Position numbers and translations under genes: made by a program
Notes under the pieces: generated by a model
The model's input: the letters and a program-made list of their open reading frames with translations, nothing else
Database searches by the model: none
Told to the model about the DNA's origin: nothing
Source: Xylographa opegraphella
Taxonomy: Eukaryota
Direction of reading: 5' to 3'
Assembly: GCA_022813865.1 (NCBI GenBank)
Contig: JALDZX010000032.1
Location: 186,001-250,000 of the forward strand
DNA: 64,000 nt
In this document: positions 26,292 to 38,586 of the stretch, one piece after another
Layout: the number at the start of each line of letters is the position of its first letter
Position numbering within the stretch: position 1 is the first letter of the stretch

Positions 26292-29200
26292 ATGGCTCCA
26301 TTCGTTCCCCGACAGCGGAAGCACAAAAAAATATTGAAGACGCATAGAAATCAAGACCCAAGCAATAGCTTGGATTCCAACATAGTAGAGCTTCATTCAT
26401 CGACTACTTCAGAGAAGATAGCTAGAAAGAATGCCATCAAGAATGAATTGATGACCGAGCACTCGGGTATGTCGAGCGGAAAGCGAAAACGGCTTGACAA
26501 GTACATCGTCTGTTACCTTATATATACCGAAGCTCATTCCCCAGAGAGATAGATTGCTAATGAGAAAGACAGGAGAAAAAATTGAGGAAGGAAGAAAACC
26601 TTGATATCATCAAGAAATTATCCTCCGCAAAGAGTGATACATCTCTTCTGCAAAGCTCTAAGAAGCTTGGCCAAGGTAGCAAAGGAAACGCTGTTTCCTC
26701 TCGGGTAAAGATGAATGGCGATCTCGTAACTCAAAGCATCCCCGTACCGGTCAACGACGACGAAGATGTTGAAAGCCAAAAGGAGAGCCAAGACGACGAC
26801 TTCAGTGTGCTGGACGTAAGCGGCAATTCATACTCTGAGTGCGCTGAAATCAACGATGCTTCAGATGTCAGGGCTGCCCCTTCCGTAGAGCCTGCCGTTG
26901 GAACAGGCCTGAAACGGCCCCTCGAAGTTGATGACAGCGGTCGTCCGATCGTGAAGCGCAGGAGAAGAGCTGTAGCAATTCCTCTGACCAGACGAAGCAA
27001 TGCAGCGCGCATGAGGGTCATAGAAGAATCGGACAAGTGGGTTGGCCCATATGAAACTTCTCGGGCCACTGGAGACTCCTACCCGGATTCGGAGAGCTGC
27101 TTCTCTGAATCATCCATCCTGTCTACGGACCTGAACGACGAAACCAAACTTCATCAATCTCAGATTCCTAATGACTCGGATGAAGACTCGTTTTCAGGCC
27201 TATCCAGCTCAGACGAGCAAGAACTTAATTCTGAGAGTCAGAGTTCTGATTCAGAGGACACGAATGACGAACAAAAGCCGCGCTCGGAATCATTCAAGTC
27301 ATGGATATTAGATAGCACGGAAAAGACCCCGGAAATACCACTAAAAGACCAGGAAACTCATATCAACGTATTAGCCAATCAAAGATTGAAACAATCTATT
27401 CAGCCTCCCGCCCAAACACCATCTATTGATGAATACAATAATGATTATAATCGGAAGGTCTTCACTGTTGATATACCGCGAAGTTCAGAGATGCGAGAAT
27501 GGCGATTGAGCCTTCCTGTAGTTATGGAGGAGCAGAAAATCATGGAAGCTATTCACAATAACCCAATAGTGGTCATCTGCGGAGCCACAGGTAGTGGAAA
27601 AACAACTCAGATTCCTCAATTTCTCTACGAGGCCGGCTACGGATCGTCTGATAGCTCTACGCCGGGGATGATAGGGGTCACGCAGCCGCGAAGAGTCGCC
27701 GCTGTCAGTAGTGCAGACCGTGTTGGCATCGAGATGTCCAGTCTTAAGGATAGAGTTGCTTATCAGATACGCTTCGACAGCAATATCAGTGGCAAGACAG
27801 CTATAAAGTATATGACTGACGGAATTTTATTGCGCGAGATCGCCGGCGACTTTGCTCTGAAAAAATATTCTGCCATTATTATCGACGAAGCTCATGAAAG
27901 AACAACTAACACGGATCTCTTGATCGGGATGCTCAGTAGAATAGTCGAACTTAGGAAGCACCTTACTGGTCATGCTCCTCTAAAACTCATTATTATGTCT
28001 GCAACTCTAAGGGTTTCGGATTTTACTTCCAACACAAAGCTTTTCCGCGCAGGGTCTCCCCCTATTGTCGAGGTCGAGGGCAGACAATACCCCGTGACGA
28101 CCCACTTTGCAAGAAGTACTCAACGCGATTACCTTGAAGAAACATACACCAAAATTTGCAGAGGTCACAAAAAGTTGCCGCAAGGAGGAATGCTTGTCTT
28201 TTTGACGGGTCAGAATGAGATCCTCGCGGTAGCTTCCAGGCTCAACGAAACTTTGTCACAAAGGAAAGCCCTAGCTCGAGGGCCTCGTGTACGTACATCA
28301 GCATCGGAGATACCCCTTGAAGTTGAAGATCTTGAAATTGGGCATGATGAACAAGTTGCTGGAAACAGTCAGCTTGATGACAGTGACGATATATCTGATA
28401 ATGAAGATCGCGAGTTCGAAGTTGACGGCGATTCGGAGCTTGTGAATGATGTGCTCATTCTCCCACTATATTCACAGCTCCCTATTGAAGCACAGAAACG
28501 GGTATTCCAATCCGTGCCGGAGAATACGCGGTTGATTGTTCTCGCTACGAACGTTGCTGAGACGAGTCTCACGATTCCCGGTATTCGATACGTATTTGAC
28601 TGCGGTCGCGCAAAAGCACGAAAGCATGACGTCGACACCGGAGTTCAAAGCTTTGAAATCGGCTGGATAAGTAAGGCCAGCGCAAATCAGCGAGCAGGAC
28701 GAGCAGGTAGGACTGGCCCAGGCCACTGCTACAGGCTCTACTCATCAGCAGTCTATGAGCGAGACTTTAAGGACAATGCAGATCCAGAAATACTGAGTAG
28801 TCCTGTCGAGGGTGTCGTCTTGCAGCTGAAAGCGATGGGGATGAAAGACATTATCAACTTCCCATTCCCGACCTCTCCAGGCTCAGAAAACCTTAAAAAG
28901 GCCAAAAGACTACTGAGGAATCTGAGTGCTCTCACTGCAGAAGGTAAGGTAACGACTCTCGGCCACGACCTAACTACATACCCTTTATCGCCGCGATTTG
29001 CAAAGATACTGCTTCTTGGTCATCAAGCGCAATGCATTTACCTAACGATAGCAACTGTAGCAGCGCTCGGTGTGCAGGACCTTTTTGTGCCGGAAAGTCA
29101 ACTACAGTCTGCAGCAGAGTCGGGACAGGTGCAACATGGACGAAATCCACGCCGGAATTTCAACCTGGTGGACAATTCTGCGGACATGTTCACTTTCCTT

Positions 29201-29962
29201 TGTGCCTTCTCTTCATACTCGTGGCTTATTGGAAAGGGAGGCGAGGAAGACTTCTGTGACAAGATGGGCCTCAGGCGGAAGGCTCTTCAAGAAGCATATG
29301 CCTTATGGCGACAGCTCCTCGGGGTTGTATCTCTGAATCGTCAAGGACTTCTCGATCCCGGTACCCAAGCAGTTCCTGTGCCGGACAAGAAACAGACCAA
29401 AGCGCTGAAACAGATCGTCGCGGCCGGCTTCATCGATCAGATTGCCATTCGAGCTGATCTAGCTCCTAATCCACCGGAGATTCCGCGGACACCGAAACGT
29501 GCCATTGATGTGCCATATCTCACACTGTTTCCATCCAACGTGGGAAGAGCGACCACGCTTGAAGAAAAGGCGGTCTTTATTCATCCCTCTTCGATACTAG
29601 CCCAGGGCCAAGACGTCGCAACGCTTCCGCAGTACCTTGTCTACTCACGCCTGCAACAGTCTGCGTCATCTACAATCGAAGGCGCGAAGGCGCCTAGAGT
29701 GAGGATGCATCCACTCACCCCACTTACCGGGAAACAGATCCTGGCTCTGGCACGAGGATCGCCACTACTGGAATATGGCAAGCCGATCGGTAAGCCGGAG
29801 CTTGTCAAGGGTAAGGACGGAGTACATGACACGAGGTTGTGCTGGATGGCCGCTAGCCTGATACGCGAGAAGGGATCGGTAGGGTGGCCATTGCCCGCGC
29901 AGAGATTCCAGCAGAGGCTGAGTAAAGGTGGCCATTGGGAGGTGGAGAGTATCGTGGATTGA
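26292..29962 (+). CDS. DHR1: DEAH-box RNA helicase Dhr1/Ecm16 (DHX37), 2 exons
   Basis: MAPFVPRQRKHK start; KRKRLDKYI|EKKLRKEE; LPVVMEEQKIMEAI, GATGSGKTTQ, TQPRRVAA, DEAH, SAT, QRAGRAGR. Confidence 0.95.
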
Positions 29963-30319
29963 GATCAGTTCATACCGTATCTGGTTGATCTCGGATAAGG
30001 GGCAAAATAAGCGCAAGGCTATTGTAATTATCATGCCGTCGTATACGAGATTTGTGATCGACTCCATTACTATATACATCCTCAGGCCTGATCTGCACAT
30101 TTGTCACCGTTCGGCAACTGTCATGGAGAAAGGGTTCACGGAGAGGAGAGACACAGTAGGATATCGAAATGGATATTCCCAGCTCTTTTGGTCCGATTTC
30201 CAGCCAAGCCGTAGAACTCCTTTGAATGCAACGCCACACATGCAGTACCAAACCCTTGCTTTGCACATTTCGTAACATCTTCCCACCAATCCCCGATCGT
30301 ACAGTCCGACTCAGACCCA

Positions 30320-30665
30320 TCAGCTCCCCTCCCTCCGTTCCAGCTCCGGGCTCTTCATGTCCTCCTTCTCCAGGCGCAAGCGCCTCCTCTCCAATCTCCG
30401 CTGCTTCAACCTCTCCAGCTCGCCGTGGATGTCGTCCTTCTCGAAGGGGATCTTGTACGTCTCCTCGGCCTTGGGCCAGAAGTCGGGTACCGAGAAGCGG
30501 TGCTCCAGGTTGGTGCCGAAGTAGTACATCCATGCGATGGGGAACATGATGTACATTCCAAACTAGACGGGGAGGGTGGTTAGTTGAGGTCGTTATTGGT
30601 AGGTGGCTGGAAGTTAGCAGGAGCTGGGGACGTGCCTTAAAGACTTCCAGATTAGGGCCTCCCAT
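30320..30665 (-). CDS. PET100: Cytochrome c oxidase assembly factor Pet100, 2 exons with a GC-AG intron
   Basis: MGGPNLEVFK|FGMYIMFPIAWMYYFGTNLEHRFSVPDFWP; intron 30563-30635. Confidence 0.9.
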
Positions 30666-31005
30666 GGCTTGTAGCAAGATAGGAGGCTTTGATGCTGTGC
30701 CGATGCGTGAGGTGGATGGCTGTGGGGCCTGGTGAGTTGACTGCCTCCTTGGTAGTCTAGTTACTATTTCGACCGTTATGCCCGGAGCACGGCCGATAAT
30801 TCGCCGTGAAGCCTGAACGGGCTGAGCCGAGGTCCAGGTTCCCCACAATTCGAACTCCGAATCCTTTCACGGCGATGGGTGTACTTTGGACAGGTGATGG
30901 ACTCGATCCATTCACTCGGAGCCCTGGTCGCTGTAGTTCCACGATAACCTCACCTGGCCCGTGTGATTCTTTCTCTTCTGCTGCACAATCCACGCCGAAA
31001 CTACC

Positions 31006-31919
31006 ATGGCAAGCCTGGAGCAGCAGATCACCCTCACTACGCGCGGAAAGATAGCAGTCATTACGTTAAATCTGCCGGAGAGACTCAATGCACTGAGCTC
31101 TGATCTTTACTACTACCTGTCGACCTTGCTACGACAGGTTGCCGCGCGCGATGATATTTACATCACGATCCTGACGGGAAAGGGGCGCTTCTTCTCCGCG
31201 TAGGTTATCCGTCTCTTCGAGCGATCAGATCTGTAGAACAGGCCCGATGAGAATGGCTTCAGATGAAATCAGCTTACTAACACTAGCTGTGCAGCGGTGC
31301 AGATGTCAAATCGTCGCGAGCCGTCCCTCCGGGTGCTGACATCCGTCGGCACTGGCTCACCACCTTCGTCGCCAACAACCTCGACGTGACCAATGCCTTC
31401 TACACACATTCGAATATCCTCATCGCCGCTCTCAACGGCCCCGTCGTTGGCCTCTCCGCTGCACTGATCGCCTGGTCCGACTTCATCTACTGTTCGCCCC
31501 ATACATTCCTCCTGACGCCGTTCAGTTCGCTCGGCCTGGTCACCGAGGGCGGCGCGTCCCGAGCCTTCGTGCAGAGACTGGGGATCAGCAAAGCGAACGA
31601 GGCACTGATCATGAGTAAGCGGATCACGAGCGAGGAGATGCTTGCGACGGGCTTCGTCAACAAGGTTTTCCAGACGGGCAAGGATGAGGATGAGAAGTTC
31701 TTCGGCTTGGTCATGAACGAGGTAGAGGAGCGCTTCGGATCGCACCTGAACAACGAGAGCCTGCTCAGGATCAAGGCGCTCATCCGGAAACCGGAACGAG
31801 ATGCCATGGACGGGCAGGGCACCTTGGAGGTGTTCGGCGGGTTGGAGCGGTTTGCGGCGGGGATCCCGCAGGAGGAGTTCCGCAAGGTGGCCAGCGGGGA
31901 GAAGAAGCACAAGCTATAA
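31006..31919 (+). CDS. ECI1: Peroxisomal delta3,delta2-enoyl-CoA isomerase (crotonase fold), 2 exons
   Basis: IAVITLNLPERLNAL...TGKGRFFSA|GAD...ILIAALNGPVVGLSAAL...PFSSLGLVTEGG; PTS1-like C-terminus KKHKL. Confidence 0.9.
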
Positions 31920-32431
31920 AGGGGGTGTACGAGGGCGTTTGGTTGAAGGTGGTCGGATGCGAGTGAGCTGGGTATCTTTCGTTTGTTAAGCCATGCATAC
32001 TGTTTCAATCTCATCTCATTGGCGAAGGTTGGCACCTTTCATCCGGTCTCAGTGGTAAATACTCGTCAGCTTGCATTCAGTCCCATCATGCTATAAATCC
32101 CATGCTACTACACTCTGGCAAGCACAGCGTCAAGAAACGTCCTTGCTCCTCGTGCGGTCGATGCTGCAGCTGGCTGAATCAAGCACTCCATGACGGATGC
32201 CTTGTACACGCCCCAAGCCCTCTTATCACCAACGCTTATCCCTGAACTCTTCCACGCTGCTGCGAAGAACCTCTGTGGCTGAAAGAAGTTTGAGAGGACC
32301 GACAACCCCAAGGCTCTCGACTGCCTATTGCCCAGTACAACCTCCCACTCATGACGCCAATAACCGCCCATCTCCACACCTCAAAGCTCCAATTCCCAGC
32401 TGACATCCCACCACCGCCCCCTCCCCCCTCT

Positions 32432-32948
32432 TCACCGCCCCTCCTCCCCCCTCCGCCAATGCCCCCCCTCCTCATAATCCTCCCGTATGCCCAACGCCTT
32501 CCTCAACCGCTCACTCTCCTCCACCTTCGCCGCCGCCCGCTCATGCACCTGATACGCCTTCAACGCCTTCCCGTTCCCCTTCCCCACCCCCCCCTCCCTC
32601 TCCATCACCCGCTGCAACTCCTCCCTCAGCGCCCCCGTCCGCGCCTCGATCTCCTCCTCCAAAACCCTACACAGCACCGTCAACATCAACAATCCCCCCC
32701 CCACCACACGAGCAGAAAACTCACCCCTCGTCCTCCAGCTTGTCCCGCAGCTCAAACACCTGGACCTCCACCGCGCGCGCGCGGTCGTGCGCCAGGATGG
32801 CCGCGTCCGCTTGCCGGGGTCGGTGGGGCGCGGCGTTGGCGCGCTCGTCGCTCGGCTGCTCGCGCGGTCGGAGGTGGGAGAGGTTGCGTTGCACGTAGCC
32901 GGAGGTGCCGCTCCCGCGTGGGGTGGAGAGGCCGACGTTGGAGGACAT
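32432..32948 (-). CDS. CWC21: Splicing factor Cwc21, 2 exons
   Basis: MSSNVGLSTPRGSGTSGYVQRNL...HDRARAVEVQVFELRDKLEDEG|...YQVHERAAAK..ESERLRKALGI..DYEEGGHW. Confidence 0.95.
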
Positions 32949-33500
32949 GGGGTTTGTGGGTGTTGGGGGTGCTGTTGGGTGGGTGAGATGGGTGTAGGAG
33001 GAACGGTTTGGTGGTGGTGGTGGCAGTGGTGGTGATGGTTTGGTGGTGGTGGTGATGGTGATGGTTGCATGGCTAGCTGGAGGGGCCCATGCTGGAATTT
33101 TGTAAAATACAGGGTTCGCGCTAGGTTTAAGCGTTTTAGCGTCTTTTTACTCTCAAGCGGCGGACCGCGTTTGTCGATATTTACTCGGGCCGATTCGGCT
33201 TCTTACGGGTCCGCGGGTCGGGTGTTCACGCTAGGGCCGTACGTAAGTTACGGCTGAAGCACGGTGGGAGTTGTGACAGGGCATTATTTATCACTTCTTT
33301 CTCCATGGGCTACTGCTCCTGTGATGCTCTGGGTGGTAGTCTTGACGAACCCTGTACAGTGACTTGTCCTCTCGACAAGGAAGTTTTGATCGTACCATTA
33401 TCATATCAAGGAGTGCGCATCAATACACAAATACACCGTGTCGCTATGCTTTTATCTACCAGCTGGAAAGAAACAAAACTACCCACAAGACCCTCATCCT

Positions 33501-34315
33501 TCAAACACACTGCTCAACCAGGATATTCAGCCCGTACTTAGTCCCCTTCTTGACCATCATCCCCGCGTGCCTGCTCCGCTCCTCCAGCGTCCCGTTCTTA
33601 TACATGTTCATCCAAAAGACGCCGTTCCCCTTCACCGGCCGGAGCATCGTCCCCACGCTGTCCTTGTGCTTCGGCCGCCGGAACTTCCGCTCGTCCACCG
33701 GCATGTCCGCGTGCGGAGGGTCCAGGTACGGGAAGTACGTCTCGCCGCCCTCGGCCACGTCGGAGAGGAAGATGAAGAAGCTGGCGACCCGGTTGCACAG
33801 TTTGCCCTCGGAGTTGGGTTCGGGTTCTTGCAGGTAGTCCCAGTGAAGCGGGTGCTGCTCGCCCTCCTGCGTGCGCCCGATCTGGAGCAGTTCGAGGCCC
33901 TCGGAGGGGATGAAGCCGACGAGTGAGTCGGCGCGGCGGACGATGCAGTTGGTGACTTCGTCGGGCTTGTCTTCGACGATGATGTAGCCTGACGTGCGGC
34001 GTCGGTCTTTCTCTTCAGGTTCTATGATTTCTGGAGCATATGTCCAATTGGAGCTAATCAAGCAGATGAGTCCTGACGTGCAGAGATGAACCGTATAGGA
34101 GGAGGTGCTTACTTGAAGGATAACAGATGATTGATTTCGTACGGGCTGAGGAAGTCGTTCAGGTAGATCATCAAAGGCTCTGTAGAAAGTATCTCGGGTC
34201 TGTAGTGGAGATTGCAAACATATCCGCTGGAGTTAAGCACGCTGCTTGCACTCTGGAAGGGCCATAACTTGATGCTCAAAGCACCCACGACAGCAGCGAC
34301 AGTAGACAAAGACAT
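33501..34315 (-). CDS. Prolyl 4-hydroxylase alpha-type 2OG-Fe(II) dioxygenase with an N-terminal hydrophobic segment, 2 exons
   Basis: ILSTEPLMIYLNDFLSPYEINHLL, RRTS, LQIGR...HWD (HxD), NRVASFFIFLSDVAEGGETYFP, PVKGNGVFW, RHAG (distal His), GTKYGLN (2OG-binding Lys); intron 34054-34112. Confidence 0.9.
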
Positions 34316-35180
34316 TTCAACGATGGATGGAAGTGCTCTGGATGAGAACAGTGGGAGAAGAGGTAAAAGAGAAGGGAGCAGACAATATCCTGAATTCGCA
34401 AGTACCCATCGACATAGGATTCGATCTAGACTCGAACCACGGATACTTCTCCAAACATCACAGCCACTGCCATCAACACTTGCTTGTTGGTGGAGAAGGA
34501 AATTGGTCAACAGCGGAGACGCCCTGCTAGGAGAGCTCGACGTCCAAGCAACGAGCCAATGATGCACGCCTCCCCGTGCAGAAACTGTGGAGGAGCACTA
34601 ACGCAGGAGCACGTTCTGCTGCACTGCATATCCAGCATGGCACGGAGCGTTGGAGGCGTGTGGAACGTCGACGAGCTTAGAAGAGCACCAGCGGCGGGAC
34701 CTTCAAAGCGCCGGACTCCAAAGAGCACGGTTGCCCGCTAGCGTCGCACCTCCTGCGGCTACAAGGTTTGAAGCTCGAGGGAGCTAGCCCGATTCAGTGC
34801 TGAAACAGCCCGAGCTAAAGTCTGACGCTGATCTTGGCGGCGCTTGGTGCGGCAAAGAAAAGCTCCGACAGCCCCGTGCGCTCGTCTGCAGGGTCACGCG
34901 AGTACGCTAGGCCAAGGTGAGCAAGACGGATATTCAACGCTCAATCTCCTCCACCATTCGTCTCCTGCTAGTCTATCGAGAGATTGTCCCGAAATCCATT
35001 AGTGATACATTCTCGACCGGTCTTGTAAGACTTGCCCATTTCGATACCAACATGCAAGAACGGCTCAGCGACCACTTGATGTCAGCACAACAAATGGGAA
35101 TAGACACCAGCGATGCCGGCAGAACTTCAGCACAGCCGATGTCGAGTCTCCGGATCATGGGAAGCCGTCTCTGGAGAGGA

Positions 35181-35187
35181 TATAAAG
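35181..35187 (+). promoter_or_regulatory. Probable TATA box of the peptide precursor gene
   Basis: TATAAAG about 150 nt upstream of ATG 35337, followed by a C/A-rich leader ending TCAACATG. Confidence 0.55.
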
Positions 35188-35336
35188 ACCTTCTGTCTCC
35201 AAGTTCTTCACAGCATCATCAACATCATCCTGAATAGTCAACCAACAATCTCTGCGAGCCATCCACCATCCACGCTTCCTCGTCTTTCAATAGCTATCAA
35301 TTTCAATCAACTTCCACTTCCACATCCACTCTCAAC

Positions 35337-35787
35337 ATGAAGCTCACTCTCATCGCTGCCTTTGCCGGCATCGTCGCCATGGCTGCTGCCTACGCCGAGC
35401 CCAACCCATACGCCTTTGCCGAAGCGGAGCCCTACGCCGAACCAGAGGCCTACGCCGAGGCAGACGTCCTGGCCGGCTACGAGGAAGGCTTCCTCGCCGC
35501 TCGTGACCTCTACGCAAGTCAGTATCACAGCTTGCACAAAAATTTCAAAGCCTAACCATGCGCAGGACACGCGAGAAACGACCCTCGCCCCGTGCGCCAG
35601 GGCAGCCCACCGGCCAAGCCCAAGGGCCGACACCACAGACGTGAGTTGGCCCGACAAAAGTAGTAAACCTCGGAATTTCTGACAGTGCGCAGGAGAGGCC
35701 AAGAATGACCCTCGCCCGGTTCGCCAGGGTAGCCCGCCCGCGAAGCCCAAGGGACGACACCACAGGCGCCAGTATTATGAATACTAG
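35337..35787 (+). CDS. Secreted Kex2-processed repeat peptide precursor (KEP), 116 aa, 3 exons
   Basis: Exons 35337-35517, 35566-35640, 35693-35787; introns GTCAGT..CTAAC..CAG and GTGAGT..CTGAC..CAG. Product: MKLTLIAAFAGIVAMAAA-YAEPNPYAFAEAEPYAEPEAYAEA-DVLAGYEEGFLAARDLYAR-HARNDPRPVRQGSPPAKPKGRHH-RR-EAKNDPRPVRQGSPPAKPKGRHH-RR-QYYEY. Confidence 0.9.
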
Positions 35788-36712
35788 AGGTAAGTCAATG
35801 ACGCCGTCCCAACCTGTCTTTGCAGTCGATTAAACTGACACCGCTCGTAGCAGTGCAGCGCAACGCGCGGAGTTCGCTTGAGTGGAATGCGGACGGAACA
35901 CAGCCGAGTTGGGAGCAAAGTACAGACTGTAAAAGAGCTGGTAGCGGAGTCGCTGGCGTGTCAAGCGGGGTGTTGAATTGGATCGGACTTGCCGGAGTAT
36001 CTCGAGCGATGTTTTCTTTGTCTTAGGATCTGTCACTCTTTTGGTCTGGACTCCCACACGGAGTCGCAGAATATCCGATCCAATGTACGACCAAAAGCAT
36101 ATAAAACTGACCACGACTTGCATAACGTGAAAATAATGTGAATGCCCCTGATAGGTAGGTGTGAATAGCATACTTAGATGTCACGACAGTACAGAAACAC
36201 GACTCGGCTAGACCGACTAGCACCGATGGGAAATACAAGTTGTTATGAAGATCAAATCACCAGATCATGTCTCCCCTACACCTCAATGCCCCTCACGCAA
36301 CGCCATTTTACATTTCGCGAGACCGGCCCGAGCCACGGTGTACCATAACACGTCTGTACACCGTTCCTGGTCCGGCGTCCGAAAGGAAACAACTGGCTGC
36401 CTGCGATCGCGAACCAGCTGCCTTTGGGTCATGTGGAGGAACGGAACAGTTACTCGTAGAACAATCTCCGTAGGCTCCGAGCGTGCCTCCTTACATACCC
36501 CGGCGAAGGGAGCTGGACATGACAAAAACCTACTTTCATCTCTAACTGCGCGTAGCATTTCAGGAGCGAAGCTGAGGGACACGACTGTAAGGACAATGGA
36601 TGGAGTGTATCTGATGAGATACTGGTTCTTTGCGACCTGACTTCTCCTCGGCACTGAAGACTCTATACATATTCCACATTTTAGCCAGGTACTATATATC
36701 GCAGCCTATTCC

Positions 36713-38154
36713 TCACGGTCCAGCAGTCCGACTCCCGAAAAAGACAACCTGTACGGTAATGTCGTCCCTGCAACGTGGTGTTAGTGGTCCCTTTGGATAC
36801 GAGTCCGTTCATTCAACAAGAGCTCACCGAATATTCCTCGAAAACGGAGCCCGGAAGGTGAGCATTCCGCGAAACAGCTCTTCGTCGGCCCCTCCCAGCG
36901 CATTGCGAGCCAGGTGTGTTGCAGCGTTGTCGTCGACAACGATGATGGACTCGGCGTGGACTTCCCACGCCGTCATTTGCGATCTTGGTGGCACATCGGA
37001 GCCTATTCGCTGCGAGTATGGACTTTGCTTTGGAGCGTCCGCTTTGCTAGTCTCAGGGCTAGATTTCTTGTCCAGCCATTTACCGACCAGTAGGACTGCC
37101 TGTTCGCTGTTCATGCGGTTCCACAGGCCGTCGCTCGCTAGAATCATGAAGTCCTTGCCGGGTTGCACCTCAGTCATGCTCACGACAGGTTTAGCGGTCA
37201 AGTATGGAGGCGTCAACGAAGCCGAACGAGGGCTCCTCGCAAAATAGTTGTCTTTCATCAGTTTCTGTATTTCGGTACTATACTTCCATCGCCCGTTGCC
37301 AAAAGCCCGCGTGATATACATACCAAGGACGGTGTTGTCTTCAATCATATCCGGCTCGTTTGGATGCTCTGCGTGTAAACGGGATGCCTCGGATTCGTTA
37401 TCCAGATTCTGGTCGGCTGAAAGGGCGATCGTTTGCCATTTACCGTCTTCCTTTCGCTGGCCAAGGACTGCGCGAGAGTCTCCGACACATGCTACGCGGA
37501 GGAGGCAAGAGAATGGGTCATAGATGCCAAGGAGGGCACAAGATCCCGCATACGTTAATGTCAGGTCCGATAGAGCTTCGGATAGAGGTAAAGATGCTTT
37601 CACAGCAGCTGCTCCAGCGTTCATTACATCATCGTCCAGTCGTTCGAATGCAATCTCAATCGCCTTGCTGATAGCGTCTTCAGATGTTTCGGACGATGGA
37701 GTCTGAAATGCGCTTTTCAGCTCGCGAGATACATACTCCATCAGCGAAACCCGTAGCTTGGTTGACATTTCCCAGCCTCTATCCGAGTCATAAGCGGATT
37801 GGATGATTCAATCCCTCTGGCGTTTGGGACTTACTCGTGTCCGTCGAACACCCCCCAGAACATGATCGTTCTCTCCTTCTCGCCTTCATGGCCCGGAATA
37901 GTCACGGCACCGTGGATCAGATCATCCTCGGTCGGGAAATTACTCGGAACCCGAACAACATCGTACCGGGAGACACCGAGCTCTTCAGGCGGCTCAATGC
38001 TTACTTCTTCATCTCGTAATTTGGCTTCCGCATCACTTTGAGCCAGGGACACGGTTGGGCGGAAGTCCTTGTCGAACTTTGCAATGAGCGGAAAAGTGAC
38101 GGGGGTTGATGATGACGTCATGGGTGAATGATGATTCGTGACTGTCTTGTGCAT
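36713..38154 (-). CDS. PP2C protein phosphatase, Ptc5/pyruvate dehydrogenase phosphatase-like; start codon uncertain
   Basis: PSNFPTEDD, FWGVFDGH|GW, GSCALL, VACVGDSRAVLG, TRAFG, PPYLTAKP, FMILASDGLW, DDNAATHLARNALGG, R|DDITVQVVFF; stop at 36713-36715. Confidence 0.88.
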
Positions 38155-38586
38155 GAATGATCTTACTCCGTACAACAATAGCGAAGCCGCAGCACCAGGC
38201 CTGGAGAGACGGCTTGGAAGAGGTTGATTTGTAAAAACAAGAGACTGCGCTAGAGATAATAATAAGCATAAAGTGGTTGGACGAGAGCTCTTGCTTCAAC
38301 GGCGGATGTGGCACAGGAACTCGAGGGCTATGTGTTGGCTGTGCCTCTTTTATCCATATTTGCTCGGTTCCTGCAGAAGACATATGCAATCATACGGCGT
38401 ATATGACACGAGCATGAAGCTTGGACACTACTGACAGCTGGCTTACATGAGCCACTTGCGCCCAATCTCCCCCGTGCCTCACGGATCTACCTTGACTGTC
38501 TGGAAGCTCTTGCGTTCAGGCTTGATATTGGAGGCGTGTCGGTGCAAATAACCCCAACGCCGGACTTACGTGAGACTAAATACTTC

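Noticed and set aside
33100..33260. Short inverted repeats upstream of CWC21 as a possible ncRNA
   Set aside because: Stems are only 6-7 bp and there are no tRNA, snRNA or snoRNA motifs.
35514..35519. Alternative GC donor (GCAAGT) for precursor intron 1
   Set aside because: It puts exon 2 out of the repeat frame; the GTCAGT donor at 35518 restores both identical cores.
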